From Candidatus Parcubacteria bacterium (GTDB lineage: Bacteria; Patescibacteriota; Minisyncoccia; Phycocordibacterales; JAACPR01), in assembly GCA_041158505.1 (NCBI GenBank), contig JBEBBG010000007.1:27879-91878 (forward strand): 64,000 nucleotides of DNA, read 5' to 3'. The notes below the pieces were generated by a model, which did no database searches, was not told where the DNA came from, and worked only from the letters and a program-made list of their open reading frames with translations. Each line of letters opens with the position of its first letter. Positions within the stretch are counted from its first letter, which is position 1. Shown here piece after piece: positions 25,974-36,295 of this stretch. The position numbers and the translations under genes are program-made.

Positions 25974-26197
25974 TGGGCCGCCGTGAGGACGTCTCCGCGT
26001 CCTCACTCAATCGAAGCTCCTCCCCGCGCTCGTCGCGGCGAGGGCTTTTTTCTTTCCAAAACCTATTGCACTGCTTCCTACTGTATTACGCCCTGCGTCC
26101 CACCATTTGCGCCGCATATATAAAAAATAAAAAACATCTCTAGACACACTCAAAAAATACATCGACATGTATCATCACCTCACACAGACTGTACTGC

Positions 26198-26893
26198 ATG
26201 GAGTACCCAAAAGAAATTGTCCTCGTCAGGCACGGGGAGTCTGAAGCAAATGTATTATCAAGTGAAGAACGCACAAAGCTCGATAGCAGCACCAAAGATT
26301 ACGGCCTCACCCCTCGTGGCAGAATGCAGGCACGAGAAACAGGTGCATACCTAAGGAAAACATACGGCACATTTGATGCGTACTATGCATCGTTTTGTCG
26401 GCGCACCAGAGAAACTCTCGAGCTGATGTATCCAGAGGCACGAATTACCGAAGATGCACGCATTGCCGAAGCGCAGCGTGGCATCTGGCACGCGATGCCG
26501 GAAGCCGCAATCGATGCATGCTTCCCCTATGAACGGGCTCGTCGCGAGAAAGAGGGTCTGTACTACTATCGCCCCTTTGGTGGAGAAAATTGGCCAGACT
26601 TAGAAAACAGAATTCACAGCTTTATTGAAACGCTCTTTCGGCTGCATCGAGGGCAACGGGTGCTCCTGTGCGTACACGGTCACTGGCACATGGCGTTTGA
26701 GCGCATCATGCACAACTTCAGCACTGATGAGCTCATCCGCAGGTATCGAGAAGACGTCGCACCAAATGGATCGGTTACCGTATACAAAGGTGCGCTGATA
26801 AACGGTAGGCCGCAACTCGTACTCGCCAAGCAAACCTTTGCCCCACACGCTATACCCCTCGCAAAATCTCAATTTCAGCACCAACCGCGTTGA
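26198..26893 (+). CDS. Histidine phosphatase family protein (phosphoglycerate mutase-like)
   Basis: Contains LVRHGESEAN (RHG motif). Confidence 0.75.
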   Translation: MEYPKEIVLVRHGESEANVLSSEERTKLDSSTKDYGLTPRGRMQARETGAYLRKTYGTFDAYYASFCRRTRETLELMYPEARITEDARIAEAQRGIWHAMPEAAIDACFPYERARREKEGLYYYRPFGGENWPDLENRIHSFIETLFRLHRGQRVLLCVHGHWHMAFERIMHNFSTDELIRRYREDVAPNGSVTVYKGALINGRPQLVLAKQTFAPHAIPLAKSQFQHQPR

Positions 26894-28382
26894 GACGTTC
26901 TGCAATCTCTTCATACCCTCGCTTGATTGAGTACACGTTTCGCAGAATTGACGTTCCCTCTGCAGCGAGCATTGCAATCATCACGATAACTGCAGGACGC
27001 AACGCTGGTGGACACACAATCTGCGCAGCCTTGAGTGACGTCTTGCCATGAATAAAGACACGATGCGGATCAGCGAGTGTAATCTGTGCACCAAGACGAT
27101 TCAGCTCGGTAAAGTAGATTGCTCGATTTTCCCACATCCAGTCATGGATGAGCGTTTGTCCCTCTGCCTGCGTCGCAATTGGTACAAAAAATGGCAAGTT
27201 GTCGATATTGATACCTGGGTATGGCAGTGCATGAATCTTATCCTCCAGAGCATGCAGCTGTGATGGCTTTATGGTGATATCAACAAGCGCGGTGCGTCCA
27301 TTGAGAGCCATGTAGGGCTTCGAGAGCTTGTACGATTGCCCCATCTTCTGCAATTTCAGCAACTCGAGACGCAAAAACTCAATCGGACAACGAGTTATGG
27401 TGAGTGTTGATTTGGTAACAATTGCAGCAGCTAAAAACATCATCGACTCAATTGGATCTTCACTAATATGCACTTCAACATCTTGGTCAATATCACTACC
27501 TCGTCCATGCACGGTGAGTGTCGACGTGCCGATACCATCAATCTGCACGCCCAGCTGCTCCAAAAAGAAGCAAACGTCCTGCACCATGTAGTTTGAGGTA
27601 GCAAATCGAAGTGTCGTTGTACCCTTAATCCCCGCTGCAGCAACGAGCAAGTTTGTGGTGGCAGTATCACTCGCTTCGTAGAGTACAATGTCGGCCGGTT
27701 TAAGTCCTTTGTGACTAATGTGATACGCACTATCCTTGGTATCAATCGAGACCCCCATCTCCTCGAGACCATACTGATGCGCTGCAATCGTGCGCGCACC
27801 CATCTTACATCCACCACTAAACGGCAACGAGAATGATGGCGTCCGATGAATCAAGCTACCAATACCCATCAAAATTGAGCGGATTCGTTTTGCTGAGTCA
27901 AGGTTCATACCTTTCAGGTTGTACTTCGCAGGTGGCGTAATCGCTAAGTCTTTCTCATTGAGCCATCGTGCCGACACACCAATGCTCTCAAACACTTCAA
28001 GCACGCGTGCAACCTCCTCGATTCGTGGCACCGAACGAAGCGTCGTTGTTCCTTTGTTGATGAGCGCCGCGAACATGAGGTGCAATGCACCGTTCTTTGA
28101 AGTATTCGTGGCGATTGATCCCGAAAGCTTTCGTCCACCAGTGATCTTAAAATCAATTGAATCTTGGACCGAAATGATTTTATGATTGAGAACCTCGCTA
28201 ATCTTTGCCAACTCAGCTGTAGTGAAATTCTGCTTGCCCGCCTCCATGCGTGCCACAGCGCTTTGCGAGGTGCGTAACCGCTTTGCAAGCTCTCCTTGGG
28301 TGAGTCCGTTACGCTGTCTGAGTAATTTGATAAAGGTACCGAGCTTTTCTTGGTCGCTCGTTGATTGCTGTGTCTTTCCCAT
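26850..28382 (-). CDS. murA: UDP-N-acetylglucosamine 1-carboxyvinyltransferase fused to an N-terminal XRE-type HTH (~60 aa)
   Basis: The N-terminus LRQRNGLTQGELAKRLRTSQSAVARMEAG is a Cro/C1 HTH. From about aa 66, DFKITGGRKLSGSIATNTSKNGALHLMFAALI aligns to the MurA N-terminus. The catalytic Cys is in GGCKMGARTI. Confidence 0.85.
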   Translation of the reverse strand: MGKTQQSTSDQEKLGTFIKLLRQRNGLTQGELAKRLRTSQSAVARMEAGKQNFTTAELAKISEVLNHKIISVQDSIDFKITGGRKLSGSIATNTSKNGALHLMFAALINKGTTTLRSVPRIEEVARVLEVFESIGVSARWLNEKDLAITPPAKYNLKGMNLDSAKRIRSILMGIGSLIHRTPSFSLPFSGGCKMGARTIAAHQYGLEEMGVSIDTKDSAYHISHKGLKPADIVLYEASDTATTNLLVAAAGIKGTTTLRFATSNYMVQDVCFFLEQLGVQIDGIGTSTLTVHGRGSDIDQDVEVHISEDPIESMMFLAAAIVTKSTLTITRCPIEFLRLELLKLQKMGQSYKLSKPYMALNGRTALVDITIKPSQLHALEDKIHALPYPGINIDNLPFFVPIATQAEGQTLIHDWMWENRAIYFTELNRLGAQITLADPHRVFIHGKTSLKAAQIVCPPALRPAVIVMIAMLAAEGTSILRNVYSIKRGYEEIAERLNAVGAEIEILRGV

Positions 28383-28416
28383 GCATGCAATATATCACAT
28401 ATGATATAGTTACCGT

Positions 28417-29430
28417 ATGAAGATTGTGGAAAATTACTCACTGCACACACACAGCGCGATGCGTACCGGCGGCACAGCACGCTACGCCGCCTCGCTTGAA
28501 ACAGTACAAGATGTGCAAAAACTTGCGACATTTGCTCAAAAAAACAACCTACCGCTCCATGTCATTGGTGAAGGAACCAACACGTTTTTTGGGGACGGCG
28601 TACTCCCTATTGTGGTCGGCAACATGTGCCTTCGTGGCATTACCATTCTTGAAGAAACCTCTACCCAAAGCGTGGTAAACGTTGCCGCAGGCGAAGTCTG
28701 GGACGAACTCGTCGCGTGGTCAGTTACTCGAAATCTGTCTGGGATTGAGGCGCTCTCCCTCATTCCAGGCACCGTAGGTGCAGCGCCGATTCAAAACATT
28801 GGCGCATACGGACGCGAGTTTAAAGACGTGTGCCACTCAGTAACTGTGTACGATTGCGCGTCAGCGGAGATTCGAACACTTTCACGAGACGAGTGCCATT
28901 TCGCCTATCGCGACAGTATCTTTAAGCAGCGGCCTGGTGTATACGTTGTCCTCGGCGTCACAATCATACTGTCAAAAGCATCCCCAGAAATGCCAACATA
29001 CAAAGATGTGGTTGAATACTTTGGTAATGAGACAGCACCAACCGTTGCAGCAATTCGCGAAGCCATCTGCACCATTCGCATGCGTAAGCTTCCCGATTAT
29101 AAAACTACTCCAAACCTTGGCTCTTTTTTCAAAAATCCAATTATAGACGCGGCGGCATTTGCAGCACTCACCAGCACGCACGGCGAAGTACCCCACGCAC
29201 CGCTTCTTGATGGACAGATAAAATTATTTGCAGGTTGGTTGATTGAGCAGTGTGGGTTAAAGGGTGCTGCAGTTGCCGGGCTTATCGTATATGAAAAAAA
29301 TGCCCTCGTGCTCACAAACCCGCAGCGTTTGTCATACACATCGGTTCGTAATGCAGAAGAGCTTATTCGTACTGCAGTGCGTGAACGCTTTGGTGTAACA
29401 CTCGAGCGTGAGCCTATCCTTATTTCTTAA
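28417..29430 (+). CDS. murB: UDP-N-acetylenolpyruvoylglucosamine reductase
   Basis: FAD-binding N-terminus and C-terminal MurB domain. It is divergent from murA. Confidence 0.85.
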   Translation: MKIVENYSLHTHSAMRTGGTARYAASLETVQDVQKLATFAQKNNLPLHVIGEGTNTFFGDGVLPIVVGNMCLRGITILEETSTQSVVNVAAGEVWDELVAWSVTRNLSGIEALSLIPGTVGAAPIQNIGAYGREFKDVCHSVTVYDCASAEIRTLSRDECHFAYRDSIFKQRPGVYVVLGVTIILSKASPEMPTYKDVVEYFGNETAPTVAAIREAICTIRMRKLPDYKTTPNLGSFFKNPIIDAAAFAALTSTHGEVPHAPLLDGQIKLFAGWLIEQCGLKGAAVAGLIVYEKNALVLTNPQRLSYTSVRNAEELIRTAVRERFGVTLEREPILIS

Positions 29431-29462
29431 TCTCACACCTGCATCCTACTGCGCTGCATATA

Positions 29463-30185
29463 CTACATAGCACTCGTTGGTTTTTTTGACGGCATAGAAA
29501 GCGCACCCTCAAGTGTGTAGTCACCGACAATCGTGCGCCGTAATCCACCAAGTGTCGCCGGTAGTCCAAGTCGTCGCCCCATCTCCTCTGCGAGCGATCG
29601 AATGTACGTGCCGCTCCCCACTGCAATTGTTGCACGTACGTGCACTCGCCCGTCCTCAGCAAAGATATCGGTAATGGTCCACGCATCAACACGCATCTTT
29701 TTCAGCGGAACATCTACATGCTGGCCACGTCGTGCCCGCTTGTAGAGCGGCACACCATCACGCTTAATTGCAGAGAATGCGGGGACCGGCAACTCATGAG
29801 TGCCAACAAGTGAAGCTGCGGCTGTTTCAATACGTTTTTCTAGTTCAGGAGTCAGCAACACATCTATCGCCGCAATAATCTCACCCTCCATATCACCAGT
29901 TGTCCGTTGCTCACCCAGGATAATGTGTGCCTCGTACGTTTTATCGAGCTTAATCAAGGTGGCCAATTGCTTTGTCCCCTTTCCAATACCGAGAATCATC
30001 AGTCCTGATGCAAGTGGATCAAGTGTCCCCGCATGCCCCACTTTTACGTTAGCATGTCCGGCTTCACGAAGTAGCCGCCTCACGTATCCGACAACACCAA
30101 ACGAGGTAACACCAACCGGCTTATCCACAGTCAGTATTTCTGGAACTGGGGCATCTGGCTTTATGTATGGCCCTGTATTGTTCAT
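29463..30185 (-). CDS. truB: tRNA pseudouridine(55) synthase
   Basis: Contains GHAGTLDPLASG, including the catalytic Asp. Start taken at MNNTGPY. Confidence 0.85.
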   Translation of the reverse strand: MNNTGPYIKPDAPVPEILTVDKPVGVTSFGVVGYVRRLLREAGHANVKVGHAGTLDPLASGLMILGIGKGTKQLATLIKLDKTYEAHIILGEQRTTGDMEGEIIAAIDVLLTPELEKRIETAAASLVGTHELPVPAFSAIKRDGVPLYKRARRGQHVDVPLKKMRVDAWTITDIFAEDGRVHVRATIAVGSGTYIRSLAEEMGRRLGLPATLGGLRRTIVGDYTLEGALSMPSKKPTSAM

Positions 30186-30340
30186 AGAAAGTATGTAAAA
30201 ACAAAAATAGTGAATATGCAAGTTGCGGTGCGTCGCAACGGGCGTACGATTAAATCTAATAAGACGCTTAGCTCTTTCTGGATTTCATCCTTTAGGAGTG
30301 AGGCGTCTTTTTCTGATTAACTCGAACTACTCGAATACCC

Positions 30341-30799
30341 ATGAAGAAGATCCACACCCTGCTTATCGCAATCATCGCCATTGTGGCAGCCGCATTCCTG
30401 CAGCATCGCGGATACGCCGATGACCAGCCCACGCCGACCGCCGCACCTGCCACGACTGCCGAAGTGACCGGTCCTCCGACGCCCGCCGCAACGCCGACCC
30501 AACCGATTCGCCCCGCGCGAACCTTCGCTTACGCCGGCGAGCTGCAGCAAATCCTGGCAAAAGCCACTGGTGGTGACGGAGAAGTCGTGACGCTCTCGGC
30601 CGGCTGCGCGCTTGAAACGCACTCCGATGGAAGCTACACCGACATCTCGTCGCCCGAGCATCCCAAGGCCTACGGCCCCGACAACACCTACATCGATGTC
30701 GCGGTCATGACGCCAGAGGAAATCGCCAAGGCACCCATGTCGGCCCGTCGCACGCTCGAGCTGCTCGCTACGGCCGCCTCGGACGAAGACGCTGGGTGA
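30341..30799 (+). CDS. Small secreted hypothetical protein, high GC (~65%)
   Basis: Signal peptide MKKIHTLLIAIIAIVAAAF followed by a Pro/Thr/Ala-rich region. Confidence 0.45.
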   Translation: MKKIHTLLIAIIAIVAAAFLQHRGYADDQPTPTAAPATTAEVTGPPTPAATPTQPIRPARTFAYAGELQQILAKATGGDGEVVTLSAGCALETHSDGSYTDISSPEHPKAYGPDNTYIDVAVMTPEEIAKAPMSARRTLELLATAASDEDAG

Positions 30800-30900
30800 C
30801 AAGTACCCTCCCGCGTGTCCGGATGAAACCCTCATCGTTTGAAGCCCTGCCTGGACCACCAGCGCAGGGCTTCTTCCTTTTTATTTGCAAGCGCACGCTT

Positions 30901-32385
30901 CTATGACAGCAATGACTCGCCCGTCATGCTCGCTGGTACGCTAAGCCCAAACAATTGTAAAATCGTTGGCGCAATATCTCGAAGCGTTCCATCATGCATT
31001 GCTGCGCCTTGCTTTGTTACGATTGCTGGCACTTTGTTAAGGGTGTGTGCAGTATGCTTTTCACCGGTGCTCACATCAACATTCACCTCTGCATTACCGT
31101 GGTCTGCGGTCACAAACGCAACACCACCTCGTGCATGGAGCGCTTCAAGCACTCGTTTAAGCTCACGATCAACCGTCTCAACAGCAGTTACAATCGCTGG
31201 CACATTTGCGGTATGGCCAACCATGTCAGGGTTTGCGAAGTTGATGAAAATGAAATCAACACCCGCATTGATCCGAGCAATCGCTTCATCTGCAATCGCT
31301 TCTGCGCGCATCTCGGGAGCCTCATCATGTGTTTTTACATCCTTGCGGCTCTGAAGCATAACGTGCTCTTCGCCCTCATGTGGCGTTTCCTTGCCACCAT
31401 TCAAGAAGTAGGTTGCGTGCGGAAACTTTTCTGTTTCTGCAATGTGCGCTTGTGTAAGGCCTGCGAGTGAAACCTCTTGCGCGATGGTTGTCTCAATTGC
31501 AATTGGTGGAAATGCAACGGGGCAGCTATACTCCTTTGAGTACTCGGTGAGCGTTACGAAGCACAGATTCATATCATCAGCGCGAGCAAGAATGCGCTCG
31601 GTGAGCATACGTGCCCGATCAGCTCGATAGTTGAAGAAGAACACCGCATCCCCCTGCTCAATCGGCACCTCTTTAAGCAAAAATGGTTCCACGTGCTCAT
31701 CCGTTTTTCCGGTTGCGTGCTGCGAAGCAATCTCCTCCTCTGGCGTAACCTGACAAATAGTCCCTTCACAGTGGAAGAGCATCTTTTCGACACGCTCAAC
31801 TCGGTCCCAGTTGTTGTCCCGATCCATTGCAAAGTACCGGCCAGAAATGCTGCAAATGGTTCCGATACCAGCTTCCTGCGTCACTGCGGTTATTTCTGCA
31901 ATATCTTTAATTGAATCGTATGGAGATGCATCGCGGCCATCAGTAAAGAGGTGCAGGTATACATCCGCAGCCCCCTTCTCTTTTGCCATTCGCAAGAATG
32001 CAAGCAAATGATCCTGATGCGCGTGTACGCCACCCTTACCGATAAGGCCAACGACATGCAGCTTTGAACCGTTTGCGCTGGTATGCGTAAAGAGTCGATT
32101 GAGTACTTCATTTTCGACAAATGAACCATCAGCAACTGCCTTATTGATACGAACCAGATCAGTATCAATTACCTTTCCTGCACCAATGGTGGTGTGTCCA
32201 ATCTCACTGTTGCCAATTTGGCCATGTGGCAATCCGACATGTTCGCCTGAAGCCTCAAGGAGGCCGTGTGGATACGTATTCCAGAGGTAGTCGAAGTATG
32301 GCGTCTGTGCGAGTGCAACAGCATTATGCTCAGGGTCTTCGCGATACCCCCAACCATCAAGAACAATGAGTGCAACCTGCTGCAT
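30901..32385 (-). CDS. gpmI: 2,3-bisphosphoglycerate-independent phosphoglycerate mutase
   Basis: iPGM motifs are present (VLDGWG, HTTIGAG, ADHGN). Confidence 0.9.
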   Translation of the reverse strand: MQQVALIVLDGWGYREDPEHNAVALAQTPYFDYLWNTYPHGLLEASGEHVGLPHGQIGNSEIGHTTIGAGKVIDTDLVRINKAVADGSFVENEVLNRLFTHTSANGSKLHVVGLIGKGGVHAHQDHLLAFLRMAKEKGAADVYLHLFTDGRDASPYDSIKDIAEITAVTQEAGIGTICSISGRYFAMDRDNNWDRVERVEKMLFHCEGTICQVTPEEEIASQHATGKTDEHVEPFLLKEVPIEQGDAVFFFNYRADRARMLTERILARADDMNLCFVTLTEYSKEYSCPVAFPPIAIETTIAQEVSLAGLTQAHIAETEKFPHATYFLNGGKETPHEGEEHVMLQSRKDVKTHDEAPEMRAEAIADEAIARINAGVDFIFINFANPDMVGHTANVPAIVTAVETVDRELKRVLEALHARGGVAFVTADHGNAEVNVDVSTGEKHTAHTLNKVPAIVTKQGAAMHDGTLRDIAPTILQLFGLSVPASMTGESLLS

Positions 32386-32390
32386 AATCG

Positions 32391-33701
<1,311 letters not shown>

Positions 33702-33845
33702 TTACTCCTATATATAATGAGCATCTAGTATAAACCTGCCTCAGGCAAAAAGACAATGGCTAGCCCGAAATTGCAGCACAACAGAACATCGTGGTGAAAT
33801 GCACCTATAACCAGCGGCGGTCATGGTGTACTATAGAAAGTACGT

Positions 33846-35069
33846 ATGCAACCATTCGCACTAGCAGGCATTGCAGATATTCCACTTGCGTTTAAAACCA
33901 TGACCGCATGGGAAGTCCTCGACATTCTCCTTGTTGCCATTGCACTCTACATCATCATTCTTTTTGTGAAGCAAACAAAATCGCAGTTTATTTTGGTTGT
34001 GACCCTGTCACTGATTGTTGTTGCCTTTGTTGCACAAAATGTAAACCTATCCCTAACTCGAGCGCTCGTGCAACCAATTGCAACGCTCGTGTTCATTATT
34101 ATTGCGATTGTTTTACAACGTGAAATCCGGCAGTTTTTCCGTTGGGTAATGGTTGGGAAAAATTTTCTTCGCGGTTCAGTCCAAACACAACTTCACAAAG
34201 CAACGTTTACCGAAGTCGCAGACGCACTCACGCACATGAGCGAGCATCGCATTGGTGCCATTATTGTTTTTCCTCGACGGCAGGACGTTGATGATATGCT
34301 CTCAGGCGGACAACCGCTCGACGGGACCGTTTCAAAAGAAGTGCTGCTTAGTATCTTTGATAGCAGTTCGCCAGGGCACGATGGCGCGGTCATCATTGAA
34401 AGCAACCGCATTCGACTGTTTGGAGTCCACCTTCCCCTTGCGCAGCAGTATACAAACTACAGAAAAGCAGGTACCCGTCATCGAGCAGCTGCAGGCATTA
34501 CCGAAGGTACTGATGCGGTTGCATTTGTTGTGTCTGAAGAACGTGGCACGATAAGCGTTTTCAAAAATGGAAAAGCAGCAACGCTCGAAACGACCGATGC
34601 GCTCCTACGCGAACTCACAAAACTATCTGGCGAAGCATCTAACGTAGAAAGCACATTCTGGCACTACTTCTTTCGGCAAAATGCTGGTGCAAAACTAAGC
34701 TCGCTAGCGCTTGCGTGCATCATGTGGCTCGTACTCTTTGCACAAACAGGTGTTGTAAAAAAAGATATTGCAGTACCCATTGCGTTCCAGCTACTCTCTC
34801 CAGACTACCAACTCATCACTGAGCCTGGTGCGACAGAAGTAACCGTCACCATTCAAGGCAAGAGTAATGATATCGCGGCCTTTGATACCTCGAAGCTTCA
34901 AGCGCGCGTTGACGCAAAAGAACTTGGACCAGGAACACACACCGTTGACCTAACACCAGAAAGCATTAGTGTCCCTGCCTTCATCAGTGTCACCCGCATT
35001 GAACCAGAAGCAGTTACTGTTCGTATTGCTGAAGCCGTACCAACAGAGCAAGAAGCTCCTACTGAGTAG
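33846..35069 (+). CDS. cdaA: Diadenylate cyclase CdaA fused to a YbbR-like (CdaR) C-terminal domain
   Basis: 3 N-terminal TM helices. The DAC domain carries DGAVII and GTRHRAAAGITE...FVVSEERG. It is followed by an extra TM helix and a YbbR-like beta domain. Confidence 0.8.
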   Translation: MQPFALAGIADIPLAFKTMTAWEVLDILLVAIALYIIILFVKQTKSQFILVVTLSLIVVAFVAQNVNLSLTRALVQPIATLVFIIIAIVLQREIRQFFRWVMVGKNFLRGSVQTQLHKATFTEVADALTHMSEHRIGAIIVFPRRQDVDDMLSGGQPLDGTVSKEVLLSIFDSSSPGHDGAVIIESNRIRLFGVHLPLAQQYTNYRKAGTRHRAAAGITEGTDAVAFVVSEERGTISVFKNGKAATLETTDALLRELTKLSGEASNVESTFWHYFFRQNAGAKLSSLALACIMWLVLFAQTGVVKKDIAVPIAFQLLSPDYQLITEPGATEVTVTIQGKSNDIAAFDTSKLQARVDAKELGPGTHTVDLTPESISVPAFISVTRIEPEAVTVRIAEAVPTEQEAPTE

Positions 35070-35107
35070 GCCGTGCAGAGCAACAGAAGCTCTGCTATGC
35101 TCAATGT

Positions 35108-35995
35108 ATGAAACATGCATATTGGGTACGTGTTGGCGCTTTTGTGGCTCTAGCACTCATTACGGGAACATCACTGTGGTACACCTGGGACACTCGAACG
35201 ACCACTGCGACTCAACTAGCCACGCTTGAATCAGATCGAGCAAACCTGTCACAAAAAGTTACCGACCTGGAATCTCTCCTCATTGCACTACAATCTGAAA
35301 GTACCACTATCAGCGATACGCTCAAGGAAGCAGCGAGTAAATCGGAAACACTTGAGCAAGCCTTTGATCGGGTCAACAGCAACGTTGAGACACTCGAAAA
35401 GCTCACGACCACTGATGAAGAGTTACTACAAAAGTACTCAAAGATTTATTTCCTCAATGAGCACTACGTTCCGACAGAACTAGAAACAATTCCTTCAGAG
35501 TACACCTACAACAAAGAACGTACCTACGAGATACACGAGCAGGTCTGGCCATACCTTGAAGATCTGCTTGATGCGGCCCAGGAAGATGGTATCGACATAC
35601 AAATCATTTCTGCATTTCGTTCATTTGGTGAGCAGGCGCAGCTCAAGGGTGCGTACACTGTTACCTACGGTTCAGGTACTGCAAATCAGTTTTCTGCTGA
35701 TCAAGGTTACTCAGAACATCAGCTTGGTACCACGGTAGATTTCACCACCACCAAGGTCGGGGCGACCTTTTCTGGGTTTGCAAAAACAGAAACGTACGCA
35801 TGGCTCCTCGATAACGCACACAAGTTTGGGTTTATTCTTTCCTACCCTGACGGCAATGACTACTACCAGTTTGAACCGTGGCATTGGCGCTTTGTGGGCA
35901 CCAAACTTGCGCGAGATCTACATCGTAAAGAACTCGACTTCTACGACATGTCACAACGAGATATTGACGCGTACATTGTTGACCTTTTTGAGTAG
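35108..35995 (+). CDS. VanY-like D-alanyl-D-alanine carboxypeptidase (peptidase M15B) with an N-terminal TM helix and coiled coil
   Basis: Contains SAFRS, SEHQLGTTVDF and EPWHWRFVG. Confidence 0.7.
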   Translation: MKHAYWVRVGAFVALALITGTSLWYTWDTRTTTATQLATLESDRANLSQKVTDLESLLIALQSESTTISDTLKEAASKSETLEQAFDRVNSNVETLEKLTTTDEELLQKYSKIYFLNEHYVPTELETIPSEYTYNKERTYEIHEQVWPYLEDLLDAAQEDGIDIQIISAFRSFGEQAQLKGAYTVTYGSGTANQFSADQGYSEHQLGTTVDFTTTKVGATFSGFAKTETYAWLLDNAHKFGFILSYPDGNDYYQFEPWHWRFVGTKLARDLHRKELDFYDMSQRDIDAYIVDLFE

Positions 35996-36020
35996 TAGAC
36001 GCGGCGGTAGTGTGTAAAAA

Positions 36021-36058
36021 GAAAAAGCGGCGCGGGGCATTCGCCCCGCGCCGCTTTT
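36021..36058. terminator. Bidirectional intrinsic terminator (GCGGCGCGGGGCATTCGCCCCGCGCCGC flanked by A and T tracts)
   Basis: Perfect 12-bp GC stem between convergent genes. Confidence 0.75.
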
Positions 36059-36060
36059 AA

Positions 36061-36165
36061 CTACTTTCGCTTCTTTGCTGCTGGCTTCTTAGTTGCCTTC
36101 TTCGCAGTTGCCTTCTTTGCAGGAGACTTCTTTGCTGCTGGCTTCTTTGCTTTTTTTGTTGCCAT
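36061..36165 (-). CDS. Small lysine/alanine-rich basic protein (34 aa, MATKKAKKPAAKKSPAKKATAKKATKKPAAKKRK), histone H1/Hc1-like. Not in the ORF track.
   Basis: A clean ATG..TAG ORF just upstream of the bidirectional terminator, with repetitive KK(P)AAKK periodicity. Confidence 0.4.
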   Translation of the reverse strand: MATKKAKKPAAKKSPAKKATAKKATKKPAAKKRK

Positions 36166-36295
36166 TTTGATGGACTTACACTGATAAAGCATGGCGACCC
36201 TAGTTCTGGGGATTGCTCCCTACGATGTCGGATTCGACATGTACATCTATTGTATGTTGTCTGCAGAAAAAAAGTGAACTATACACAACAAACCT

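Noticed and set aside
25413-26006. 197-aa minus-strand ORF, together with 30317-30859, 55223-56284, 56550-57119, 60691-61425 and other long antisense ORFs
   Set aside because: These are stop-codon-poor artefacts of high-GC coding sequence on the opposite strand. They are glycine- and arginine-rich with no domain signal, and they fully overlap better-supported genes.
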